Assembly: GCA_965217585.1 (NCBI GenBank)
Contig: OZ244561.1
Span: forward strand, 992,001-1,056,000
DNA: 64,000 bases
Source of the DNA: Candidatus Latescibacterota bacterium
GTDB taxonomy: Bacteria; Latescibacterota; UBA2968; UBA8231
Direction: 5' to 3'
Shown here: piece after piece, positions 18,340-26,335 of the stretch
How the letters are laid out: each line of letters starts with the position of its first letter
How positions within the stretch are numbered: the first letter of the stretch is position 1
Position numbers and translations under genes: made by a program
The notes under the pieces: model-generated
Told to the model about the DNA's origin: nothing
The model's database searches: none
What the model saw: only the letters and a program-made list of their open reading frames with translations

Positions 18340-19302
18340 CTACCCTTCAAAGCGCGCCATCGCCGCGAACTTGTCCAGCCGCTGGGCCACTAGCGCCTCT
18401 GGAGTGAGTCGCTGGAGTTCGGCTAGGGCATCTTGCACGTGGCGTTTGAGCACGGCGACGGCGGCATCCCAGTCGCGGTGCGCGCCGCCCAAAGGTTCGG
18501 GCACAATGCGGTCGATGATCCCCTGCTGCTTCAGGTCTTTAGCCGTGAGCTTGAGGGCTTCGGCCGCTTCCTCTCTGCGCTCGCGCACCTTGAACAGAAT
18601 AGTCGAGCAGCTCTCCGGCACAATCACCGAATAACAGGCGTGCTCCAGCATCAGGATCCGGTCGCCGACCGTAATGCCAATGGCCCCGCCGCTGAAGGCC
18701 TGGCCGATGATGGCCACGACGATGGGCACCGGCAGATGCGACATTTCGTAGAGGTTGCGGGCAATGGCCTCGGCTTGGCCCCGCTCCTCGGCCTGGACTC
18801 CGGGATAGGCCCCCGAAGTATCGACCAAGGTCAAGACCGGCAATTTGAACTTGGCGGCCATCTGCATCAGGCGTCGAGCCTTGCGATACCCTTCTGGATG
18901 CGGCATGCCGAAGTTGCGCTTTTGCCGCTCTTCGAGGTTGCGTCCACTCTGGATGCCGATGACCATGACCGACTCGTCTTCTAGCCGCGCCGGGCCGCCG
19001 ATGATGGAGGCGTCGTCGGCAAAGAGGCGGTCGCCGTGTAGCTCAGTGAAGTCGGACAGCATCCGCTCGACGTAATCGAGCGCGTAGGGGCGGTTCGGGT
19101 GCCGCGCGATTTGCACCCGCTGCCAAGGGCTGAGATTGGTATAGATCTCTCTGCGTTTCTTCGCGGCCTGCGCCTCGAGCTTTCGCACGCCCTCATCCAA
19201 ATTCAAGCCATTGGTCTCGGCTTGGCTTTTTAGGTCGTCGATTTTCTTTTCTAGCTCGTGAAGATCGCGTTCAAAATCGAGGTAAAATCCACTGTTGTTC
19301 AC
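18340..19302 (-). CDS. accA: Acetyl-CoA carboxylase carboxyltransferase subunit alpha
   Basis: WQRVQIARHPNRP, ELHGDR, NFGMPHPEGYRKA, GAYPG..AEERGQ. Confidence 0.96.
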   Translation of the reverse strand: MNNSGFYLDFERDLHELEKKIDDLKSQAETNGLNLDEGVRKLEAQAAKKRREIYTNLSPWQRVQIARHPNRPYALDYVERMLSDFTELHGDRLFADDASIIGGPARLEDESVMVIGIQSGRNLEERQKRNFGMPHPEGYRKARRLMQMAAKFKLPVLTLVDTSGAYPGVQAEERGQAEAIARNLYEMSHLPVPIVVAIIGQAFSGGAIGITVGDRILMLEHACYSVIVPESCSTILFKVRERREEAAEALKLTAKDLKQQGIIDRIVPEPLGGAHRDWDAAVAVLKRHVQDALAELQRLTPEALVAQRLDKFAAMARFEG

Positions 19303-19330
19303 GGGACAAGACCTCCTAGGTTAAATTTGC

Positions 19331-19378
19331 GAATTGAGAATTATCAATTGAGAATTCGTAATTCGTAATTCCCAATTC
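19331..19378. repeat. Intergenic AATT-core heptamer tandem repeats forming an imperfect hairpin
   Basis: GAATTGAGAATTATCAATTGAGAATTCGTAATTCGTAATTCCCAATTC. Confidence 0.75.
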
Positions 19379-20558
19379 ACGCCAGTGCGCCCAGTGCCGC
19401 CTCAACTCGGTCCAGCGCCTTTTCAATCAGGTCCAGCGACGTGGCGTAGGAGAGCCGGATGTGCTCGTAGGTGCCAAACCCCGCACCGGGCACACAGGCC
19501 ACCTTGGCCTCTTCGAGCAAGTGCTCGCACAATGCCACGGAGTCGCGGACCTGGCGGCCGTAGTACGCGGCGACATCGGGATAGGCGTAAAAGGCCCCCG
19601 ATGGCAACGCGCATTCCACGCCCTCTATGGCGTTGAGGCGCTCGACCATGTAGCGCCGCCGTGCATCAAAGGCCCGGCGCATCTCCTCGACCGACTCCTG
19701 CGGGCCGTCGAGCGCCTCGACGGCCGCTTTCTGCGCCATCGACGAAGGATGCGACACTTCCTGGCTTTGCACCTTGTTCATTCCGGCGATGATCTCCTCA
19801 CTGGCACCTGTGTAGCCGATGCGCCAGCCGGTCATCGAATAGGCTTTAGACACCCCATTGACCACAATGCTGAGTTCCTTGGCCTCCGGGCTACAAGCGG
19901 CAATCGAGTGGTGTGCGGCTCCGTCGTAGATCAGCTTCTCGTAAATCTCGTCGCTGAGCAGATAAACCCCGTGTTCAACGGCCACTGCCGCCAAGCTCTC
20001 CAACTCCTCGCGGGTGTACACCGCGCCGCTGGGATTGGACGGCGAGCACAAAAAGAGCATCCGGGTGCGGGGCGTGATGGCGGCGCGGAATTCGTCCGCG
20101 GTCAGCTTGAGGCCGTTGGCAGCTTGGGTCTCGACAATCACCGGCTCGCCGCCCACTATCCGCGGCTGCTCGCAATAGGTCACCCAATAGGGCGTGGGGA
20201 TGATGACCTCGTCGCCGGGGTTGACCAGCGCCGCCACCGCCAAAAAGAGCGAGTGCTTGGCCCCATTGTTGACGATCACTTCGTCGGTTGTATAAACCAA
20301 GCCATTGTCGCGCGCGAATTTGCGGCAGATCGCCTCCTTGAGCTCGATGATCCCCGACCCCGGCGTGGTGTACTTAGTAAAGCCCTCGGCAATGGCGCGG
20401 ATGCCAGCGTCTTTGACGTTTTGCGGCGTATCGAAATCCGGCTCGCCCGCCGACAGGGAAACCACGTCGATACCGGCGCGCTGCATGGCCGCAGCCCGCG
20501 CCGAAATCTGCATGGTGACCGACGGCTGGACGCGCTGTACATTGTGCGAAAGTGGCAT
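19377..20558 (-). CDS. PLP-dependent class I/II aminotransferase (aspartate aminotransferase-like)
   Basis: GEPDFDTP, SPSNPSG, DEIYEKL, SKAYSMTGWRIG. Confidence 0.93.
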   Translation of the reverse strand: MPLSHNVQRVQPSVTMQISARAAAMQRAGIDVVSLSAGEPDFDTPQNVKDAGIRAIAEGFTKYTTPGSGIIELKEAICRKFARDNGLVYTTDEVIVNNGAKHSLFLAVAALVNPGDEVIIPTPYWVTYCEQPRIVGGEPVIVETQAANGLKLTADEFRAAITPRTRMLFLCSPSNPSGAVYTREELESLAAVAVEHGVYLLSDEIYEKLIYDGAAHHSIAACSPEAKELSIVVNGVSKAYSMTGWRIGYTGASEEIIAGMNKVQSQEVSHPSSMAQKAAVEALDGPQESVEEMRRAFDARRRYMVERLNAIEGVECALPSGAFYAYPDVAAYYGRQVRDSVALCEHLLEEAKVACVPGAGFGTYEHIRLSYATSLDLIEKALDRVEAALGALA

Positions 20559-20564
20559 AGTTCC

Positions 20565-21758
20565 TCAGGTGGTGTATTCGGCGTTCAGCCGCACGTACTC
20601 GTACGTCAGATCGCAGGTGAAAATTTCAGCCGCCGCCTTGCCCATCGCCAAGTCGATGTCAATGGCCATTTCTTTCGCCTGCATGGCCGCGCTCAGCTTA
20701 TCCTCGTCGAAATCGAGACCGGCACCATTGCCGTAGATGTCGGTGCCGCACAGCGACACGCGCGCGGTCTCGGGGTCGAAATCGACGCCGGCGTACCCCA
20801 TCGCGCACAGAATGCGTCCCCAGTTGGGGTCGTTGCCAAACGCCGCGGTCTTCACCAAGCTCGAATTAGCCACTGCGATGCCAACCTGTCTTGCCTCGGC
20901 TTCGGTCGCGGCCCCGCGCACCGCTATGGTGATCAGCTTGGACGAACCCTCGGCATCGCGCGCGATCGCCTGGGCCATCTGCCGGCACGCATACTCAATG
21001 CCCTCGTAGAGGCGCTCACAATCGCGCTCGCCTAGCTCCGAGCCGTCGCCATTGGCCATCAGGATCACCGTGTCGCTCGTGCTCATGTCGCCGTCAACCG
21101 TAATGCAGTTGAACGTGCGCTGGATGGCCTGCGACAGCAGTTCTTGCAATGGTCCGCTGGGCACAGCCGCGTCCGTGGTTACCACCGACAGCATCGTCGC
21201 CATGTTGGGGGCGATCATCGCCGCCCCTTTAGCCATCGCCCCAACCACGGCACGGCCCGACTCCAACTCGACCTCGACGGCGCAGCTTTTCGGCACGGTG
21301 TCCGTGGTCATAATCGCCTCGGCGGCAGTAGCACCGCCTTCCTCGGACAACGCCGCGACGATCTGCGGAATGCCCGCCTCGATCTTGGCAATCGGCAGCG
21401 GCACGCCGATTAAGCCTGTAGAGCAGACCAGCACTTCTTCCGTTTGCAAGCCCAGCTCACTTGCCGTCAGGGCACACATCCGCCGGGCGTGATCCAAGCC
21501 GACATCGCCGTTGCAGACATTGGCGTTGCCGCTGTTGAGGATAACGGCCCGTGCCTTGCCGTCGGCGAGGTGCTCGCGGTCAATGGCAATCGGCGCGCCC
21601 TGCACCTTGTTGGTGGTATACACCGCGGCGGCGTTCGCCGGGCGCGTCGAATACACCAGCGCCAAATCCTTAGCGCCCGATTCCTTGACACCAGTCTGGA
21701 TGCCAGCCGCTCGGTACCCACTCGGAGCAGTAACCCCTCCACCCTCGATAATTCTCAT
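20565..21758 (-). CDS. argJ: Ornithine acetyltransferase / N-acetylglutamate synthase
   Basis: NSGNAN, STGLIG, IMTTDT, KGAAMIAPNMATML, DPNWGR, NAEYTT. Start taken as MRIIEGGGVTAP. Confidence 0.96.
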   Translation of the reverse strand: MRIIEGGGVTAPSGYRAAGIQTGVKESGAKDLALVYSTRPANAAAVYTTNKVQGAPIAIDREHLADGKARAVILNSGNANVCNGDVGLDHARRMCALTASELGLQTEEVLVCSTGLIGVPLPIAKIEAGIPQIVAALSEEGGATAAEAIMTTDTVPKSCAVEVELESGRAVVGAMAKGAAMIAPNMATMLSVVTTDAAVPSGPLQELLSQAIQRTFNCITVDGDMSTSDTVILMANGDGSELGERDCERLYEGIEYACRQMAQAIARDAEGSSKLITIAVRGAATEAEARQVGIAVANSSLVKTAAFGNDPNWGRILCAMGYAGVDFDPETARVSLCGTDIYGNGAGLDFDEDKLSAAMQAKEMAIDIDLAMGKAAAEIFTCDLTYEYVRLNAEYTT

Positions 21759-21759
21759 A

Positions 21760-21799
21760 GCGCTCAGTCCGTTCCCGTCGCGCCGACAGCTAGCTCGGC
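21760..21799 (-). repeat. Distal copy of 40-bp direct repeat (cimA 3' end) bounding island 2
   Basis: 39/40 identical to 32273-32312. Encodes AELAVGATGTD* and abuts the argJ ATG. Confidence 0.95.
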
Positions 21800-21859
21800 T
21801 GCTTGAAACCCCTTCGCGGAACAAATGTTGTCGTCGTCCAATATGTTCACAATGTTCAT
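21764..21859 (-). pseudogene. Chimeric 31-aa mini-ORF: divergent ArgJ-like N-terminus plus CimA C-terminus
   Basis: MNIVNILDDDNICSAKGFQAA-ELAVGATGTD*. The first part parallels resident ArgJ MRIIEGGGVTAPSGYRAA. Confidence 0.6.
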
Positions 21860-21900
21860 AAGCCATCGCTTTCTTTTTAAGTGTCGCAAGACTTCCCGAA

Positions 21901-22407
21901 TTAATCCCAACTCGCGGCTCTAAGGTAATTGAAATTGATTACGTCAACATCCTGTTGACTCAAGTAATTAGCTAGAGGAAAGTCATCCGTGAGTACTAAA
22001 AATTGATTCTTAACCAAGTCAATAATAGCGGCATCAGTCAAACCGAATTTTGCAAAAGACACTGATTGTGCCAAGTTGACGCTAGGCTTGTAATGCTCGA
22101 TTAGTTGGGAAATGCCTTTGGCGAAATATGGAAAGAATCGCTGTTTTTGGTGACCGAGTTGCCCGGCGAGATTGCTTACTTCGGTGAGAATATGAGGCGT
22201 GGTGACGATTCGATTCTCAAAAAGTTTCAAAAAACCTATTACAAGATCGAAGTCGCTCTGCTCAAAACGTTCCTGAGTCCTCTTGAATCGTTCTATCAAA
22301 CGACGCTCAACCGAGCCTACAAAGAGAAGAAGAAGGATATTCGTATCTACAAGGACTCCTGCTGCTCGGTAGCGCTGTACCAGTTCAGAGAGGAGTGGGT
22401 TCGACAT
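21901..22407 (-). CDS. PIN-domain protein
   Basis: VLVDTNILLL, TPHILTEVSNL, FGLTDAAI, VLTDDF. Confidence 0.88.
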   Translation of the reverse strand: MSNPLLSELVQRYRAAGVLVDTNILLLLFVGSVERRLIERFKRTQERFEQSDFDLVIGFLKLFENRIVTTPHILTEVSNLAGQLGHQKQRFFPYFAKGISQLIEHYKPSVNLAQSVSFAKFGLTDAAIIDLVKNQFLVLTDDFPLANYLSQQDVDVINFNYLRAASWD

Positions 22408-22678
22408 CGGGTCGCATCTTTAGGGACTGCAAACTTCCTGTCTCGCCGTCAATTACAAAAATGGTATATTTTCGCTCATAGATGAGGGGTTCCACAAAGC
22501 CTTGTATGCTTTTTTTTATAGGATAGCCCAAAGTTATATGCCAATACGCCCCATCTTCCGATAGCTCGGCCTCTTCAAATGTAACATCCTGGTTAGTAGT
22601 CGCCCCCAATAAATCGGCGTTGGCTTTAAAGTGCCCCAAGGCGGCCTCGACAGCCTTTCTAAGAGTAAGAGACGCCAT
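22385..22678 (-). CDS. Small partner protein of the PIN gene (putative antitoxin)
   Basis: AGGAG SD, EEAELSEDGAYWHITLGY...RKYTIFVIDGETG pattern, overlaps the PIN start. Confidence 0.7.
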   Translation of the reverse strand: MASLTLRKAVEAALGHFKANADLLGATTNQDVTFEEAELSEDGAYWHITLGYPIKKSIQGFVEPLIYERKYTIFVIDGETGSLQSLKMRPDVEPTPL

Positions 22679-23005
22679 AAGTTCTGTTCTCCTGTATCGT
22701 TCCTTTTTAGCTTGACCCGCTCCAAGATCTACCCCACCAGTGGATTCTTCTTTACATAGGGCAAGAAGCGCCGCAGCTTGCTGACGATTATCGTCCCGGC
22801 CGCTTCTGAGACCAAGAAGTGCCGTTTTTTGTGGCTTCGGAGTCGGCTGCAACGAGTGATCCCTGTCAATCAGAGATAGAATATCCGACCTCTTGGGCAG
22901 AATCGCAAGGGCAACAAGCTGTTCTCTGCGTCATGTTCAACTCGCCGCTGTCTAGGCATCCGAAACACAGACGAAACGAGAAACGGCCTCTATCGCAGCT
23001 AAACG

Positions 23006-24460
23006 CTATTCGATAGAACTTAGGACAGAATCAATATAGGTGGCGCAAGCTTGGTAGGTGGCTTTGGAGGTGGCAAGCGCAGCAGTGACAGTAGAGATTG
23101 GAGGGGTAACGTAGGCGGTATCGCGGGCGGCTATTCGAGCATCGTAGGTGGCGGCGTAGAAGGAGTCCCAAGTACGACCTTTATAGCGTGTGCGGCGTGA
23201 GGCAGCTTGGGTAGCTTCGGCTTTAGCATCGGCTTTGGCTTGGGCAGCATAGGCTTGGGCAGCGTAGGCTTGGGGGTCGGCGGAATCAGCGGCGTAAGCT
23301 GCTTTGAATAAGGCGGTGGCAGCAGCGTAGCCGGCGGCGATGCTGGCAGAGTCAACGTAGGTCGCATAGGCGTAGCGAGCTGCTTGGGTAGCGGCGGTAT
23401 TTTGGTAGTAGGCAGAATCTCCGCATCCGAAGAATATGTATGAGGCGGTATCGGCGTAAGCAGTGCCAAATCTAACTTGGTAGGCGGCGTATTGGGCGGA
23501 GCGGCAGTAACTGGCTTGATAGGCAGCGTAGGCGGCGGCGTAGGCAGCAGCGTAGGAGACGTCGTAGGCTGCTTGCACGGCATCTTTGTTGTAGGCACGG
23601 CGTAAATGGGCGGATGCGGCGACGTAAACTTTGGCGGCTTTGGTGGCTTGGGCGGCGGCACGGCGGGCAGCGGCGGCAGCTTGGACGGCTTCGGAAGCGG
23701 CTTGAAGGGAATCAGCAACGGCAGTGGCATGGCGGGAAGTGGCTTGAGCGGCGGCGTCTTTATCGTAGGCACGGCGTAAGCGAGCAACTTTGTCGTTGTC
23801 GGCTTGAGCGGTGCCTTGGGTGGCTTCGGAAGTGGCTTGGAGGGAATCAGCAGCGGCAGCAGCGCGACGAGCGATGGCGGCAGTAGCGACTTGGAGGGAA
23901 TCAGCAGCGGCGGCTTGGTCGGCAACACGGCGAGCAGTGGAAGCGGTTTGGTCGGCAGTGCGGCGGGCAACTTCATAAGTTCTGGATGCCAAGCGAGCAT
24001 TGCGGGCGTCGTAGGCGGCACCGGCGGCAACATAAGCAGCAAAGGCAGTGCGGCGGGCAACTTCATAGGCTTTGAGCGCTAAACGAGCGTTGCGGGCGTC
24101 GTAGACGTCGTAGGCTTTCTCAATGACTTTGGCCTCGTCTTTATGATGGAGAAAAAACGAAGAGGCAGCGCTGGCGGCGACGCGTAAGTCGTGGTCGGCG
24201 GCAGCGAGCAGGACAGCGGCTACACGGGCAGAGTCGGCGAAAGCGATAGCAGAATCGGCCAAGCCCGCAGCGGAATCGGTGAAGACTGCTAAACGGGCGG
24301 CGAGAATATCGGTTTGCTCTGCGGCGCGGCGGGCGGATTCGGCGATGTCGCTTAGGTGGGATTTGGTGAAGTTGACGGCATTAAGGGAAACTATGGTGTC
24401 ATCTTCACAAGCAGCGAACAGGACGACGAACAGGACGACGAATAGGATACGTTGACTCAT
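23006..24460 (-). CDS. Ala-rich low-complexity repetitive lipoprotein
   Basis: Signal peptide with lipobox LFAA-C, GAGG SD, 484 codons with internal repeats. Confidence 0.7.
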   Translation of the reverse strand: MSQRILFVVLFVVLFAACEDDTIVSLNAVNFTKSHLSDIAESARRAAEQTDILAARLAVFTDSAAGLADSAIAFADSARVAAVLLAAADHDLRVAASAASSFFLHHKDEAKVIEKAYDVYDARNARLALKAYEVARRTAFAAYVAAGAAYDARNARLASRTYEVARRTADQTASTARRVADQAAAADSLQVATAAIARRAAAAADSLQATSEATQGTAQADNDKVARLRRAYDKDAAAQATSRHATAVADSLQAASEAVQAAAAARRAAAQATKAAKVYVAASAHLRRAYNKDAVQAAYDVSYAAAYAAAYAAYQASYCRSAQYAAYQVRFGTAYADTASYIFFGCGDSAYYQNTAATQAARYAYATYVDSASIAAGYAAATALFKAAYAADSADPQAYAAQAYAAQAKADAKAEATQAASRRTRYKGRTWDSFYAATYDARIAARDTAYVTPPISTVTAALATSKATYQACATYIDSVLSSIE

Positions 24461-24531
24461 TTTTTTATCCTCTGGGCGACTTTCTGTGAAGATACGGTTC
24501 TAGTCGCCACTCTTCACAGCGAGAGAGCAGA

Positions 24532-26334
24532 CTAAGGTTCCTCGGCGAGGTCTTCTCGTAACTCTGTATCTTCGTCGGGATCAAAGATGGTTGCCCGCCA
24601 AAACTCCGGTGGCAATGGAGACCGATGTTTGATACATGCAAGAATCAAAGCTGCTTGGGGGACTTCAAAGACTTCCTTTGATGGAAATTTCTTTCTACAT
24701 TGCCCTACGAAATTTCTAATTTTTTTGGCCAAAGACCGCTCATCGTTTGGGTCAGAGCTAAAATTAGCAGTCGGAATTGCGGCCCCGTCGACGACCTTTT
24801 TATGGAAAATTCGCTTGTCCCAATCATCAGGAGGTGCCCACCCAAGCAGGGCGATTGGATTTTCGTCAATCCCTTTCACGATCCGTGTGAAATATCTTTC
24901 TAGCAATTCATCTCTCTGACTTTCCTTGAGTGAAAAGCACAATTCCAATACCATAAGCAGGAGATATGAACTTCCATCAACAAATTCTGTGGGACGCTTA
25001 GAAGTAGCTACAAATTCAGCTACTAAGTCCATTCTACTGCGGGCCTCAATGAATGGAACTCCACTGATTCTCGCTCTTCGTGTGAGGAGACGGTTTTCCA
25101 GAGATCCTAACCAATTATATATCTCGTCTTGGCAACCTGACTGCCAAAGAATCCGCCACATCAGAAATAATTCAACATGATGAATGTCTAACAATGGCCT
25201 CAATGCACTAGGATTACTTTGGAGACACCGAATGAGCCATTTGGCATTCCGGCACAAAACTTTTCTATTCTGTTGCTCTTGATCATCTATAAATGTGCAG
25301 TTCAATATCCCCAGTCGACCGAGGTGCCAGTAGGCTATGTAAGCATCTAGGATCGCTCCCAACCGACCGCTGGGGTTTCCTCTTCCAGTCAGTCCATGTT
25401 CTGTAGTCAAAGCATCTTGTATTTCGGTAAAGTACTGTTCTAATTCTTCCACATAAAACTTGATCCAGACATCAGATACTATGAGCCTTAAATTTTCCGT
25501 TTGTAAATCGCAATATACATTCCACAAAGCCAATACCGCCCATTCAATTAGATCAATCCATCCCGGATAGCTGTTGGGCGTATTCTTCCTGTATTCGTTG
25601 ACAATCATTAGAGAAACGGGTACGAGTCGCAGTTTCCGCTCATCTATCGGACACTCTAACACCTTGCCAAGGAAATACTTCCATTGGGGAACTAATTGAT
25701 TTTCCCATTCTATAGAACCAAAATCAAAGTCGCCAACCTGCAAACAAATATACTGTAACGCGCTCGATAAATGTTGTGGTATAAGATCGGGCGTTAGGAG
25801 TTTACCTTTTACCTCCTCCGTCAATTTAGTAAGATTCCATCTTTCAAAGGTCAACTCAATGCCATCGCCCCGAGTGTTGCCGAGAGAGTTGGTAGTTTGT
25901 TCAAAGAGTTGAATTCCCGTTCCATCTTCATCTTTGTTGTATGCGAGGATGATGCTGACCTTCTCTATTGAATCTAATCCCATTCTCTGCAAATCTACAG
26001 TGGATGCCATTCGCAGATCTGAGTCAAAATTATGCTGGCTCCAATTTCTATTAGTCAGTGCTTCATCTTTGAGTACAAAAATGACGAGTTCTTCACTTTT
26101 TTCGCGCAGAAAAGCGAAGTCAATGCCAAATTCTGCCTCACTTTTCGTCTTTGGTATTTTGGGAGGCGGAGACCTAAAAAACGGTAGCCGTACCGGCGTC
26201 CAGTTTTTCGCAACAGCTAGGTTATAGATCACCCAATCAAAACCTATTTTGAGTCCATCCTTTTCTTTTCTCGTTCTTTCTAATAAACTCGTCAGATAAT
26301 TGCTCAAAAAAGTAGTACTATCATAGCATGGCAT
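24532..26334 (-). CDS. Hypothetical protein with N-terminal PD-(D/E)XK-like nuclease motif
   Basis: AT-rich relative to the backbone. E-FGID-x(~13)-FVLK pattern. Start placed just after the upstream stop. Confidence 0.6.
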   Translation of the reverse strand: MPCYDSTTFLSNYLTSLLERTRKEKDGLKIGFDWVIYNLAVAKNWTPVRLPFFRSPPPKIPKTKSEAEFGIDFAFLREKSEELVIFVLKDEALTNRNWSQHNFDSDLRMASTVDLQRMGLDSIEKVSIILAYNKDEDGTGIQLFEQTTNSLGNTRGDGIELTFERWNLTKLTEEVKGKLLTPDLIPQHLSSALQYICLQVGDFDFGSIEWENQLVPQWKYFLGKVLECPIDERKLRLVPVSLMIVNEYRKNTPNSYPGWIDLIEWAVLALWNVYCDLQTENLRLIVSDVWIKFYVEELEQYFTEIQDALTTEHGLTGRGNPSGRLGAILDAYIAYWHLGRLGILNCTFIDDQEQQNRKVLCRNAKWLIRCLQSNPSALRPLLDIHHVELFLMWRILWQSGCQDEIYNWLGSLENRLLTRRARISGVPFIEARSRMDLVAEFVATSKRPTEFVDGSSYLLLMVLELCFSLKESQRDELLERYFTRIVKGIDENPIALLGWAPPDDWDKRIFHKKVVDGAAIPTANFSSDPNDERSLAKKIRNFVGQCRKKFPSKEVFEVPQAALILACIKHRSPLPPEFWRATIFDPDEDTELREDLAEEP

Positions 26335-26335
26335 G

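Noticed and set aside
19461-21035. 524-aa plus-strand ORF
   Set aside because: Antisense shadow of the aminotransferase and argJ genes. Expected from GC-rich codon bias, with no recognisable motifs.
21759-21866. Extended argJ N-terminus from the ORF track (start 21866)
   Set aside because: The extension runs through the duplicated cimA end. ArgJ homology begins at ATG 21758.
23131-24066. 311-aa Pro/Leu-rich ORF overlapping the Ala-rich gene
   Set aside because: Alternative frame produced by GCC/GCT repeats, with no signal peptide or SD.
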